64,000 bases of DNA from Minisyncoccota bacterium (GCA_041651395.1 JBAZJI010000001.1:507920-571919), one strand, 5' to 3'. Shown: positions 16,718 through 25,866, numbered from the stretch's first letter. Numbers and translations: made by a program. Notes: generated by a model from the letters alone, not told the origin.

Positions 16718-17212
16718 CTATTTTATCTTAACTTCTGCAAAATCAAGATTTTTTCTATTGGCCGCAAACCACTTCCGGGCTTGCCTAAGGCAATTAGCTT
16801 TAGCTATATCCAAATGGCTATTGCCGATTAAAAACACATCGCTTTCAAAAGCCACACTACCATGCTCAAATAAAACAGCGCGCACTGATTTTGGATCAAT
16901 GAGATTATCCTCAAAAAATTCCAAAAAACGTAAAGGTCTTTCGCGAACCGTAAGCCTATAACCCGCAATCGGCAGCTTGAAAATTTCCAAATCAACGACA
17001 ATTTGCCCATCGGAGTTACGAATCAAACCGCTTAAACCATTCCAATAGACTGCGCGCCCATTAAGCAATCGTAGGCCCCGGTAACATGTAATACCATCAG
17101 CCAAACCGGCAACAATGCGACAATGGTGTTTTTTCAGAACCCTTCGGCAATCTTCGCTTATTTGCCGGACTGCAACGGGAAATCGTGCGTATATTCCTTG
17201 CCTTTCTGCCAT
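16718..17212 (-). CDS. Hypothetical protein (164 aa)
   Basis: ORF track entry on the same strand, 31 nt upstream of the PLD-like gene. A GGAGG RBS lies upstream of the ATG. Confidence 0.5.
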   Translation of the reverse strand: MAERQGIYARFPVAVRQISEDCRRVLKKHHCRIVAGLADGITCYRGLRLLNGRAVYWNGLSGLIRNSDGQIVVDLEIFKLPIAGYRLTVRERPLRFLEFFEDNLIDPKSVRAVLFEHGSVAFESDVFLIGNSHLDIAKANCLRQARKWFAANRKNLDFAEVKIK

Positions 17213-17364
17213 ATATCTTCCTCCTTATATGATGGTTATAAAGTCCTGTTCAAGCATAGCAGGACCAAAATATCAGTCAAATGTCCATTTGCGTTTATGA
17301 TTCGATTATGGTATACGACGCGTAGCATTCTATACAAATAAATATTCAAGCCAAAGGAGGCCAA

Positions 17365-18690
17365 ATGTTTGCACAACATCTCAAAAATGTTGACGTAAAA
17401 GGCAAAAAAGTAATTCTACGGTTCGATGGCAACGTCCCCCTAAAGACCTTGCCTGACGGCTCAATAGAATTGCGCGACACTTATCGAATTACACGCGTGG
17501 CGCCAACAATCGAGTATATAATCATGAATGGTGGGATACCAATTCTCTTTACCCACTTTTCCGACGATGAAGGAAAGGAAAAGCCCTCTTCTCCTGGAAG
17601 TTTCCAAACCACCAAAGTTTTACTTGATGACTTGGAAACCATCTTGGGCATCCGCCCAATCCATTGCGAAGAATGCATCGGCGATCCAGCCAAAACATTT
17701 ATAGAAAACAACGCTAAGCCCGACCAGATCCTTCTTATGGAAAATCTGCGCAAGGATAAGGGCGAAAAAAAGGACGATCCGGAATTTGCCAAAGCTTTAG
17801 CGAGCCTTGGCGATATTTATTGCAACGACGCTTTCGGTGTCTGCCATCGCAAACATGCTTCGGTTCACGGGATTGTAAACTACTTTCCAAAAAATTGCGT
17901 AACTAGCGGTTCTCTTTTACGCAAAGAAGTCAACACTCTACAATACCGCCTTATTGACCACCCCACCTATCCTATGGCGGTTTTTATCGGCGGTTCCAAA
18001 CTCTCCACAAAGAGCAAAGTCATCAAGAAATTCCTTGATCGCCACGATGAGAAAGGTAATTCCCCTGATGTTTTCCTGATTGGCAAACTCGCCCGCGAAT
18101 TTGCCCGCTTTTATGGTATGACCCTCATGGGACCGATGCCTAATCCAGAAATAATCGACATTATCAAATCTGTCGACATCTTTAATCCCAAATTGCACAT
18201 TGCTCGCGGCAGAATTTATCATGAAAACCACCGCGACACCGTCAAAGACAATGACTCCCTCGAAGAGCGTTTTCAAATGGCTTACAAAGCAGCAATTTCG
18301 CCAGAGGCTAAAATCACCCCCGAGCTAGTTAATAATCTAGCAATGGGCTATCAGTACTTCAAAACGGCTTGCGAAAACCTTGACGTCTATGACATTGATG
18401 ATGACTCGGTAGAAAGCTTTAGCCCCTATATCAAACAGGCAAAAACCATTATGTTTAATGGCCCAGCAGGATTCTTCGAGAATGGCCGCAATCAAAGTAC
18501 TGTTAATCTGCTTCGCTTGATTGCCGACAATAAACGCGCCTATACTATCGGCGGCGGCGGAGAAACAAACAGCGTAATTGCAGAAAACAACCTCACTATC
18601 AAATACCTCTCTACCGGAGGCGGCGCCTTCCTAGACTTTGTGGCTGGCGAAACGCTCCCTGGGCTTGAAGCACTTGGTTACTACGACTAA
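17365..18690 (+). CDS. pgk: Phosphoglycerate kinase (divergent, longer C-domain)
   Basis: ENLRKDKGEKKDDPEFAKALASLGDIYCNDAFGVCHRKHASVHG, GGGETNSV and STGGGAFLDFVAGETLPGLEAL. A GGAGG RBS is present. Confidence 0.9.
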   Translation: MFAQHLKNVDVKGKKVILRFDGNVPLKTLPDGSIELRDTYRITRVAPTIEYIIMNGGIPILFTHFSDDEGKEKPSSPGSFQTTKVLLDDLETILGIRPIHCEECIGDPAKTFIENNAKPDQILLMENLRKDKGEKKDDPEFAKALASLGDIYCNDAFGVCHRKHASVHGIVNYFPKNCVTSGSLLRKEVNTLQYRLIDHPTYPMAVFIGGSKLSTKSKVIKKFLDRHDEKGNSPDVFLIGKLAREFARFYGMTLMGPMPNPEIIDIIKSVDIFNPKLHIARGRIYHENHRDTVKDNDSLEERFQMAYKAAISPEAKITPELVNNLAMGYQYFKTACENLDVYDIDDDSVESFSPYIKQAKTIMFNGPAGFFENGRNQSTVNLLRLIADNKRAYTIGGGGETNSVIAENNLTIKYLSTGGGAFLDFVAGETLPGLEALGYYD

Positions 18691-18696
18691 AACAAA

Positions 18697-18732
18697 ACCC
18701 CGCCTCTGCGTATGCAGAACCGGGGTCTTTTT
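18697..18732. terminator. Bidirectional intrinsic terminator
   Basis: An accccg...cggggt stem with an inner ctgc/gcag stem. An A-run precedes it and a T-run follows it. Confidence 0.6.
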
Positions 18733-18744
18733 AATAAACAAAAA

Positions 18745-20025
18745 TTAATCGACAAGCTTTTCAAAATAATCTTTGACACTGGAGCCCAAGTCAGAATTTT
18801 TTGCCGGCGAGGCATTGCATTTGGAATCAGGCGTGCAGGTTCCCTCCCCGCTTTGCAAATTATTATCAACACAGTAATTTGCCGCCTCAATACATATAGC
18901 TTGCCCATCGCCGGAAACATTAATTCCGGGTTCCTTACCGGAATTTTTCAAAAAATCATCGCATACTTTTTTTGTAGCCTCATTTACAGAACAATTAAAA
19001 CCGGCATAACTCCCATTGTGCTCACCTTTGTAAACTTGGGCACTACTTATAAGCTGGGTCGCGTCTAAACTGCCCAGAATATTATCCGATTTAATATTCT
19101 TTTGGGCCCAAGAGACCAAGCCCAGAATTAATACAAAAGTAAAAAATGCTATGAGTATCCATTGAAAAACAGAAATTATAATCATCCAAATAAAATCATG
19201 GGATTTGGCAAATGATTTCCCGGCTTCTTTGGCGTCACGAATTTTTTCGTAAAGCACAAAATGAAAGGCGGAAAAAAATGGAGCAATAATTATCAGAGCC
19301 GGGAAAAGAATCAAGGGCACAATAAACACCGCGACAATCTGCAAAACCGGGATAGCTAACAAAATCGCAAAGAATATGCCCAAAGCAAGCCCAACTCCCA
19401 AGCAAACCAACCCCAAAAGAAATTGGCGCATAAATACCGCACCGATATTACCCTCCATGTATTTTTTACTCAATCCTATGGCATTAAAAGTGTCTGTATC
19501 CTTATCAACGATAATAAGGGCCGTCAAAACAAACCAATAAGAAAAAATAATACCCGGGACTATAAAAAACAAAAATCCAATCCCGGTTATAATGCTGATA
19601 ATTAAAGAAGCCAGCCAAATCCAGAAGCCTTTGCGCAATCCAAAAATAAAAGCCTCGGAAAATTTAGGATTGGAATTCCTTTTACTCAGAATATAAAAAA
19701 TAGCCGCACCTCCTGCCAGACCCAGATAAACCCCTAGCAAGTCAAGAATTCCAGAAGCTCCGGCCGTGCCCACAAAAGCCGGAAAAGTCGTTACCGTCAA
19801 TTTTTGCGGTTCGGCCAGTTTAATAAAAAATCGAGGAAGCCCGGAAAATAAAAAACTTAAACCGAAAAATGCCAAAGACATGGCGACTAGCTGCCACTTT
19901 TTTGCATTATAGGCAACCCATGCTGCTTTCCAAATTTCTGGAAATGAGGGAAATTTTGGATTATCAGAGGTCGCCGCAGCAGCTTCTGGCATTGCCTGAT
20001 TGGGGCTATTTTGTTGATTTTCCAT
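18745..20025 (-). CDS. Polytopic membrane protein with a Cys-containing extracytoplasmic C-terminal domain
   Basis: ORF track entry with multiple hydrophobic segments. The C-terminal 110 aa are soluble and contain the pilin-like stretch LISSAQVYKGEHNGSYAGF plus six Cys. Confidence 0.5.
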   Translation of the reverse strand: MENQQNSPNQAMPEAAAATSDNPKFPSFPEIWKAAWVAYNAKKWQLVAMSLAFFGLSFLFSGLPRFFIKLAEPQKLTVTTFPAFVGTAGASGILDLLGVYLGLAGGAAIFYILSKRNSNPKFSEAFIFGLRKGFWIWLASLIISIITGIGFLFFIVPGIIFSYWFVLTALIIVDKDTDTFNAIGLSKKYMEGNIGAVFMRQFLLGLVCLGVGLALGIFFAILLAIPVLQIVAVFIVPLILFPALIIIAPFFSAFHFVLYEKIRDAKEAGKSFAKSHDFIWMIIISVFQWILIAFFTFVLILGLVSWAQKNIKSDNILGSLDATQLISSAQVYKGEHNGSYAGFNCSVNEATKKVCDDFLKNSGKEPGINVSGDGQAICIEAANYCVDNNLQSGEGTCTPDSKCNASPAKNSDLGSSVKDYFEKLVD

Positions 20026-20098
20026 ATTTTTATTATTATCGCATTCCTTAAAAACAATAGCAAGCTAACCAGTTTCCAAAATCTCCCCGATCCCCTCT

Positions 20099-20123
20099 GC
20101 CTTTGCTAAAGCAAAGGCTTTTT
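20099..20123 (+). terminator. Orphan terminator-like hairpin (no plus-strand gene upstream)
   Basis: A perfect 8-bp stem, gcctttgc-taaa-gcaaaggc, followed by TTTTT. Confidence 0.35.
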
Positions 20124-20140
20124 GTTCGAATCCAAGTCCC
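20124..20140 (+). repeat. Inverted 17-nt copy of the tRNA-Gln T-arm/acceptor 3' segment
   Basis: gttcgaatccaagtccc is the exact reverse complement of 20196-20212, which lies inside the tRNA-Gln gene. Confidence 0.8.
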
Positions 20141-20191
20141 TAGTTCCTAAACAAACAAGAAAAGACCCCTTTTAGAGCCTTTTCTTTTTTG

Positions 20192-20262
20192 TTGCGGGAC
20201 TTGGATTCGAACCAAGATACTCGCCTCCAAAGGGCGATGTCCTACCATTAGACGATCCCGCA
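20192..20262 (-). tRNA. tRNA-Gln (anticodon UUG)
   Basis: Acceptor TGCGGGA/TCCCGCA (U1:A72, as in bacterial tRNA-Gln), anticodon loop CTTTGGA and T-loop TTCGAAT. Confidence 0.85.
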
Positions 20263-20323
20263 ATATTGCAATGAAATATAGCATAAAGAAGTAATTTTGG
20301 CAACAAAAAAGCGCCGATTGGCG

Positions 20324-20698
20324 CTATCGAACCTTAACCAAATATACAACCTTGGCGCGCATTTGGTCTAGATGGGCCATAATTCGCCGATGCTCTTCCA
20401 AGTCTGAACCGTCGTCAGACAAACAAACGATAAGTTTTTCCCCTTGAGCTATCCGGAGCTTGGCTTCATCACTAAAAACTAGCCCTCCCTCTTGAGATTC
20501 ATCGGGAACCAGCCAAGAATGTTTTGGCTCAGAGGCAAAAAACCTGCTGAAATAGTCAACATCTGCGGCAATCTTCCCAAACACTTTTTCTCCGCAAACA
20601 ATAATACCAACCTTCCTTGCCAAAGCATTTTTCAAAAAATCATCTGGACCAGCATAGTCCAAAACAGCTACTCTCTCATCTCTCTCACCTTCGATCAT
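20324..20698 (-). CDS. Hypothetical protein (124 aa)
   Basis: ORF track entry with a GGAGG RBS upstream. I recognise no family. Confidence 0.5.
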   Translation of the reverse strand: MIEGERDERVAVLDYAGPDDFLKNALARKVGIIVCGEKVFGKIAADVDYFSRFFASEPKHSWLVPDESQEGGLVFSDEAKLRIAQGEKLIVCLSDDGSDLEEHRRIMAHLDQMRAKVVYLVKVR

Positions 20699-20737
20699 CT
20701 TTCCTCCTTTGGTTTTCTATTTTTAGACTACTGAATT

Positions 20738-21841
20738 CTAATTATTAATGCCGCTGGTAAATTTTACCACAGTTAGCTCAATTGGCAACTGGGCGATGGG
20801 GCTAAACTTTATTTGATTTTTGGCGTCAAGAAAAGCCGTAATAAGGTTAAAAATCTGACCTTGGCTGAGCTGGATAATCTGGTCGTTAAGTTTAAGCAAA
20901 TCCTCCTTGGAGAAATTCGCCATAATCGGTTCAAAACTGCGCTTATCAACTTTCAAAAGCATAGCTTGGCGCAAATAATCAATGATATCCTTGGCAAATT
21001 CGTTTGGGTCGTAACCATTATCCATAATTTCCGCCAAAAAACCAATGGCGCTTTTGGCATCTTTGGCCAAAAGGAAATCTAAAAATTTAGCGATAACTTT
21101 AACATCTATCAAGCCTAAAATCCCTTTGATATCCTCGGGGGTAATTTCGCTTTTCCTAGAAAAAGTCCGCACCTGATCAAGCAAAACCTCGGCATCCCGC
21201 AGGCTGCCTTGGCCGTTCTGAGCCACAAGCTCGAGCGCCTCACGCGATATTTTTATCTCTTCCTTTTTTGCTATTTGCTCCAAAGTATCGGCAATATCTT
21301 TGGCGGTAATTTTTCGAAAGTCAAAACGCTGGCAACGAGAAAGAATTGTCGGGATAACTTTATGCAGTTCAGTCGTGGCCAAAATGAAAACGGCATGCGC
21401 AGGCGGCTCTTCTAATGTCTTAAGCAAAGCATTGAGCGCGGCTTTGGACATTTGATGGCATTCGTCAATTATATAAACCTTGTATTTGAGGTAAGTCGGG
21501 GCGAAACGGATACCATCGATAAGCTCGCGCACATTATCCACGCTAGTATTGGAAGCTGCGTCGATCTCTATCAGATCAATAGCCCGGCCATCATTAATAG
21601 CAATACAATTAGCGCACTCATTGCATGGCTCGCCTTTTTTAGGGTTAAGGCAATTTATGGCCTTGGCAAAAACCCGCGCCGTAGAAGTTTTACCCGTGCC
21701 CCGGGAGCCGCAAAAAAGGAAGGCATGCCCAAACTTTTTGTTTTGCACTTCATTTTTTAGCGTAGTCGTTATAATTTCCTGTCCGGCAATATCGGAAAAA
21801 TTAGACGGCCGATATTTTCGATATAAAACTAAATTGCTCAT
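20738..21841 (-). CDS. dnaX: DNA polymerase III subunit gamma/tau (gamma-length, 367 aa)
   Basis: LYRKYRPSNFSDIAGQE, Walker A GSRGTGKTS, a zinc module CNECANC, and sensor motifs. Confidence 0.95.
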   Translation of the reverse strand: MSNLVLYRKYRPSNFSDIAGQEIITTTLKNEVQNKKFGHAFLFCGSRGTGKTSTARVFAKAINCLNPKKGEPCNECANCIAINDGRAIDLIEIDAASNTSVDNVRELIDGIRFAPTYLKYKVYIIDECHQMSKAALNALLKTLEEPPAHAVFILATTELHKVIPTILSRCQRFDFRKITAKDIADTLEQIAKKEEIKISREALELVAQNGQGSLRDAEVLLDQVRTFSRKSEITPEDIKGILGLIDVKVIAKFLDFLLAKDAKSAIGFLAEIMDNGYDPNEFAKDIIDYLRQAMLLKVDKRSFEPIMANFSKEDLLKLNDQIIQLSQGQIFNLITAFLDAKNQIKFSPIAQLPIELTVVKFTSGINN

Positions 21842-22452
21842 TTTTTGAATACAAAAAATTTATACCCTACAAAATCCCAAACAAAAACTATTATAGCTGC
21901 CACTACCCCGGCAATAATCCCCCAACCCTGTTTGGATAGCTCCCCTTGCGGGCCCAAAACATTCACCAGATAAGAAGCAATAAGATTATTAACAAGTATC
22001 CCACTCCCGGCAACAGCAAAAAATTTAACCGCCTCTTTAGTTGCCTCCGAATTATCTTTTTGCTCAAAAGACCAAAATTTATTCCACAAATAGCTGTTAA
22101 AAATAGAAACCAATGAGGAAATCGCCTTAAAAACACTATACCAATAACCCGAAGCGATACCAGTGGCAAACTGTAAAAGGCCCAAAACTCCCAAATCGAC
22201 GAAAACATTAGAAGTTCCGACGAGTAAAAATTTTGCTAATTGCCAAAGGACTTTTAACCAGCGGGCCAAAAAATCAGCAACAATAATACCCAGAAAGGCC
22301 AAGGCGGGCAAAATCAGCCAAATATAAGAGATAACGCTTTGCGCATAAGAAATTTGCGCCAGTTGCCCGGAAAAATTTCGGGCCAAAAACATAATAATTA
22401 AAGCATCCAGCTCGCCGATGATTAATGCAAAATAACAGTCTTTTTTAACCAT
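21838..22452 (-). CDS. GtrA-like membrane protein
   Basis: KFLLVGTSNVFVDLGVLGLL and a second half with KFFAVAGSGILVNNLIASYLV. The start overlaps the dnaX start region by 4 nt. Confidence 0.55.
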   Translation of the reverse strand: MVKKDCYFALIIGELDALIIMFLARNFSGQLAQISYAQSVISYIWLILPALAFLGIIVADFLARWLKVLWQLAKFLLVGTSNVFVDLGVLGLLQFATGIASGYWYSVFKAISSLVSIFNSYLWNKFWSFEQKDNSEATKEAVKFFAVAGSGILVNNLIASYLVNVLGPQGELSKQGWGIIAGVVAAIIVFVWDFVGYKFFVFKK

Positions 22453-22560
22453 ACCAGAAGTTTAGCACGCAGCGAATTTTGCCACAAGTTAAAATGGCTT
22501 GATTTAATCTAATAAGCATGTTTTAGTTAAATCAGAACATTCCCAAGAGAAAGGAGAAAA

Positions 22561-23049
22561 ATGAGCATCACTATCTGCCACAACTTCCTCAAAGAATATT
22601 CTTTGGGTAACCACCGACTGACCAATGTTGAGCCTCGCATTAAGCAAGGCAATAAAGTTATTTTTTTGATCGAGGGATACGGGTTGGGACTGATGCAAGG
22701 CGATTATATAGCCTTCAATTACCAGAACACCAATTCCATTGATGAACGAGACAATCATACTTTTTTAATCGGTAAAATCAAAAGAATCACCTATAAACAA
22801 GCAGCTGGGCAGCGTGATCATTTTTGTACCATTGTCGAATCGAAAAATTTGACAGAGTGGCTTTTGGCTGAGCTCAATTACACCCGGATCCCGATGGTGC
22901 GCCTTTATCGAGAGATAGGCAGTAATCCGGGCCAAATATTAGCCGGAGACAGCCGCGATTTCGGTTTTATAATTTTTACCGATTTGCTGGAAAAGGCCAA
23001 ATTCCGAGAAATGATTGAAAGGCAATTAGCATACCATGGAGGAAAATGA
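22561..23049 (+). CDS. Hypothetical protein, paralogue A (162 aa)
   Basis: A GGAGA RBS is present. It shares the HNFLxEYS, GxGxGxxxGDxIxxN and hydrophobic-strand motifs with the next ORF. Confidence 0.6.
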   Translation: MSITICHNFLKEYSLGNHRLTNVEPRIKQGNKVIFLIEGYGLGLMQGDYIAFNYQNTNSIDERDNHTFLIGKIKRITYKQAAGQRDHFCTIVESKNLTEWLLAELNYTRIPMVRLYREIGSNPGQILAGDSRDFGFIIFTDLLEKAKFREMIERQLAYHGGK

Positions 23050-23558
23050 AAGAATACCATAATTTTTTGGATGAATATTCTCACGATCTGCATGGCATAG
23101 TGGAGCTAAATGAAATCCCTCCGGTAGATGGCATAACTTTCCCCAAGGGCACACACCAAGTATCAATCAAGGGGTTTGGCATGGGCATAAAAACCGGCGA
23201 CATCATAGTTTACAATCCCAGTATTGGGCGCAGCATACAGGAGACCGATAGTTTCTCTTTACTTATCGCCACTGCCCGGGTGATTAATATTGATTATGAC
23301 ACAGGCAGCTCGGCTGATGTATTTTGCGCCTTAACGTTGGCCCAAATCGCCACCTCCACTACACTTTTAGAAATGATGACTAGCAACGTGATATTAATAC
23401 AAAAATATCTTGTTTCTGATGGCATCCGTTGCTGCTCTTGGAAAGTTTCTCTGGACCTGCTTGATGATTTGGAAAGCAAAGCCGCCCTGCGACTAAGCCT
23501 TGATACGAGCCAGCTTTCTCCTTATTCATACGGACATCACAACCCAGATTTTACATAA
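23046..23558 (+). CDS. Hypothetical protein, paralogue B (170 aa)
   Basis: The start overlaps the stop of paralogue A (ATGA). A GGAGG sequence lies inside the end of paralogue A. Confidence 0.6.
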   Translation: MKEYHNFLDEYSHDLHGIVELNEIPPVDGITFPKGTHQVSIKGFGMGIKTGDIIVYNPSIGRSIQETDSFSLLIATARVINIDYDTGSSADVFCALTLAQIATSTTLLEMMTSNVILIQKYLVSDGIRCCSWKVSLDLLDDLESKAALRLSLDTSQLSPYSYGHHNPDFT

Positions 23559-23617
23559 CAGCCTTTGGCTGTTTTTTTGTTGATAAAATGCCCGATTTGC
23601 GCTAAATTTAAGGCATC

Positions 23618-25021
23618 ATGGCGATTAAGCTCTACAACTCACTTGGCTGCCAAATACAGGAATTCCAGCCGCTCAGAGATAAGCAGGTCGGTCTTTATAC
23701 TTGCGGGCCGACAGTTTATTGGTATGCCCATCTTGGTAACCTCCGCACTTATGTTTTTGAGGATATCCTCAAGCGTGTTTTGGAATTCAATGGCTTGAAG
23801 GTAAAACATGTCATGAATATCACCGATGTCGGCCACCTGACCTCCGATGCTGACCAAGGCGAGGATAAACTGGAAAAGGGTGCGGCGCGGGAAAATAAGA
23901 CGGTCTGGGAAGTCGCCCAATTTTACACCGAAGCTTTTATAAATGATTTGAAAGCCCTAAACATCATCATGCCTGATGTTTTAGTTAAAGCCACCGATAC
24001 CATCAAAGAACAAATCGAGCTTATTCAGGAGCTCGAGAAAAAGGGCTACACTTATAAAATTGAAGATGGGATTTATTTTGATACCTCAAAGCTCCCCACT
24101 TACGGCGCGCTCTGGCCAAATAAAATGGAACTTAAGGCTGGGGCACGCGTGGAAATGTCTGAGGGCAAAAAAAATGCTACGGATTTCGCCTTATGGAAAT
24201 TTTCCCCTAAAGATAGCAAGCGCCAGATGGAATGGGATTCTCCTTGGGGCATTGGCTTCCCGGGCTGGCATACCGAATGTGTGGCCATGGCAGCCATGCA
24301 CTTAGGCCTTCCTTTTGATATCCACTGTGGAGGTATAGACCATGTTTTGATACATCACACCAACGAAATTGCCCAAGCAGAGGCCTCATCTGGCAAAATT
24401 CCGGCAAACTTTTGGCTGCACGGAGAATTCATGCTTATTAAAACTGAACAATCAAGCGAGGCAGATAAAATATCCAAATCTAAGGGTAATATAATTTTAG
24501 TCAGCGACATTTCAAAAAAGGTCCTTAACCCATTGGCCTTCCGTTACCTGTGCCTCACCACCCATTACCGTTCCAAAATGAATTTTTCTTGGGAGGCATT
24601 GGAAGGCGCTAATAATGCCTTGCTCTCCGTTTATACTAAAATTGAAGAGTTGCAAAAAACCGGTTTACCGAAAGCTTTATCCTCTGAAGGGCAGAAACTT
24701 TTAGAAGAGTTTATGGCTGATATTAATAACGATTTGGATATGCCTAAAGCCTTAGCCCTGCTGCACGAAACTCTTAAATCATCTTTGCCCTCCACAGAAA
24801 AATATGCCCTTTTGCTTGAATATGATAAAATCTTTGGCCTGGGCTTTGGTAACATTAAGACCACCATTATCCCTCCAGAAATCCTTGCCATAGCCCAAGA
24901 ACGCCAACACGCGCGCCAGAATAAAGATTGGAATAAATCAGACCTCTTAAGGCAAAAAATCGAGAACATGGGCTGGGCTATAAAAGATTCATCTCAAGGG
25001 TTCGAACTGCATAAAAACTGA
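23618..25021 (+). CDS. cysS: Cysteine--tRNA ligase
   Basis: YTCGPTVYWYAHLGNLRTY (HIGH region), KISKSKGN (KMSKS), and WHTECVAM. Confidence 0.95.
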   Translation: MAIKLYNSLGCQIQEFQPLRDKQVGLYTCGPTVYWYAHLGNLRTYVFEDILKRVLEFNGLKVKHVMNITDVGHLTSDADQGEDKLEKGAARENKTVWEVAQFYTEAFINDLKALNIIMPDVLVKATDTIKEQIELIQELEKKGYTYKIEDGIYFDTSKLPTYGALWPNKMELKAGARVEMSEGKKNATDFALWKFSPKDSKRQMEWDSPWGIGFPGWHTECVAMAAMHLGLPFDIHCGGIDHVLIHHTNEIAQAEASSGKIPANFWLHGEFMLIKTEQSSEADKISKSKGNIILVSDISKKVLNPLAFRYLCLTTHYRSKMNFSWEALEGANNALLSVYTKIEELQKTGLPKALSSEGQKLLEEFMADINNDLDMPKALALLHETLKSSLPSTEKYALLLEYDKIFGLGFGNIKTTIIPPEILAIAQERQHARQNKDWNKSDLLRQKIENMGWAIKDSSQGFELHKN

Positions 25022-25024
25022 ATC

Positions 25025-25051
25025 CAGGGGCTTGCCCCTGTTTTTATTTTT
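25025..25051 (+). terminator. Intrinsic terminator after cysS
   Basis: cagggg-cttg-cccctg followed by TTTTTATTTTTT. Confidence 0.75.
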
Positions 25052-25094
25052 TGCGATAATTAATTGGTTCTTTACTAACCAGAAGGAGGCAGAA

Positions 25095-25715
25095 ATGTAT
25101 GATCTCCGTGAGGTAGTAGCGTTTTTTCCCGGTCAAGATATTGAGCGAAATTTGTTTAGCAACGATCTTGGTGATTGGGATGATGAACCAGAATCTGAAG
25201 ATGAGGGAGCCGCGCAGCCCGATATGACGGCTCTTGGTGTGCCCGAGTATGGTGAAGAAAATCCTTTAACCATATACTCAAAGGTATTTAATGGCACGCC
25301 ATGGGTACTTATCTCCGATGTGGAAAAAATCACGCAAATGCCCGCCCGAAGTATTTCCAAGAAATATACTCAGGGTATCGCCAGAGCATTTTACTTGCAC
25401 ACTCAAATTGCGATGATAGTCATGACGAATCCGGATATTCAACTCGAAACAACTCCCCACAATCTTTGTCGTAATTTTTCCCAATGCTATCAAAACCACT
25501 GTTCTTGCTACCAATTTCACACCTATATCCCAGAAATTGTCGGCCTAACCATCATTGACAGCTATGCAAATGAATTGCTCGGAATACCAAGCTTGGAAAA
25601 TGAATTGCCCGCAAATCCACACAGAGAAGTACGTGATATATCATTTCTTTCTTTGATGGAATATGAAAATGAAGTCCAGACAAAGTATGCTCACTTATTA
25701 AGAAAAGAGGCTTAA
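25095..25715 (+). CDS. Hypothetical protein (206 aa) with an acidic N-terminus
   Basis: I moved the start to the ATG at 25095, which follows an AGGAGG RBS. The track start at 25032 lies inside the cysS terminator. Confidence 0.5.
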   Translation: MYDLREVVAFFPGQDIERNLFSNDLGDWDDEPESEDEGAAQPDMTALGVPEYGEENPLTIYSKVFNGTPWVLISDVEKITQMPARSISKKYTQGIARAFYLHTQIAMIVMTNPDIQLETTPHNLCRNFSQCYQNHCSCYQFHTYIPEIVGLTIIDSYANELLGIPSLENELPANPHREVRDISFLSLMEYENEVQTKYAHLLRKEA

Positions 25716-25831
25716 AACGGCCTCTCTTTATTTTGTCTAAACATATAAAGACTGTTCAGCTTTTATTTACAGTGGATAAACTGTGTAAAAATACGTGTAA
25801 AACTCTGTTTATTTTTTGTGAACACTTTTGC

Positions 25832-25860
25832 TTGCCCGTCAGCCAACCTTGGCTTAGAAT
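25832..25860 (+). promoter_or_regulatory. dnaB promoter with leaderless geometry
   Basis: TTGCCC (25832-25837), a 17-nt spacer, then TAGAAT (25855-25860). Only 6 nt separate the -10 element from the ATG at 25867, and there is no SD. Confidence 0.5.
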
Positions 25861-25866
25861 AGTTTA

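Noticed and set aside
25032-25094. An upstream extension of the 206-aa ORF (track start at 25032).
   Set aside because: The extension starts inside the cysS terminator hairpin. The ATG at 25095 has a perfect AGGAGG RBS.
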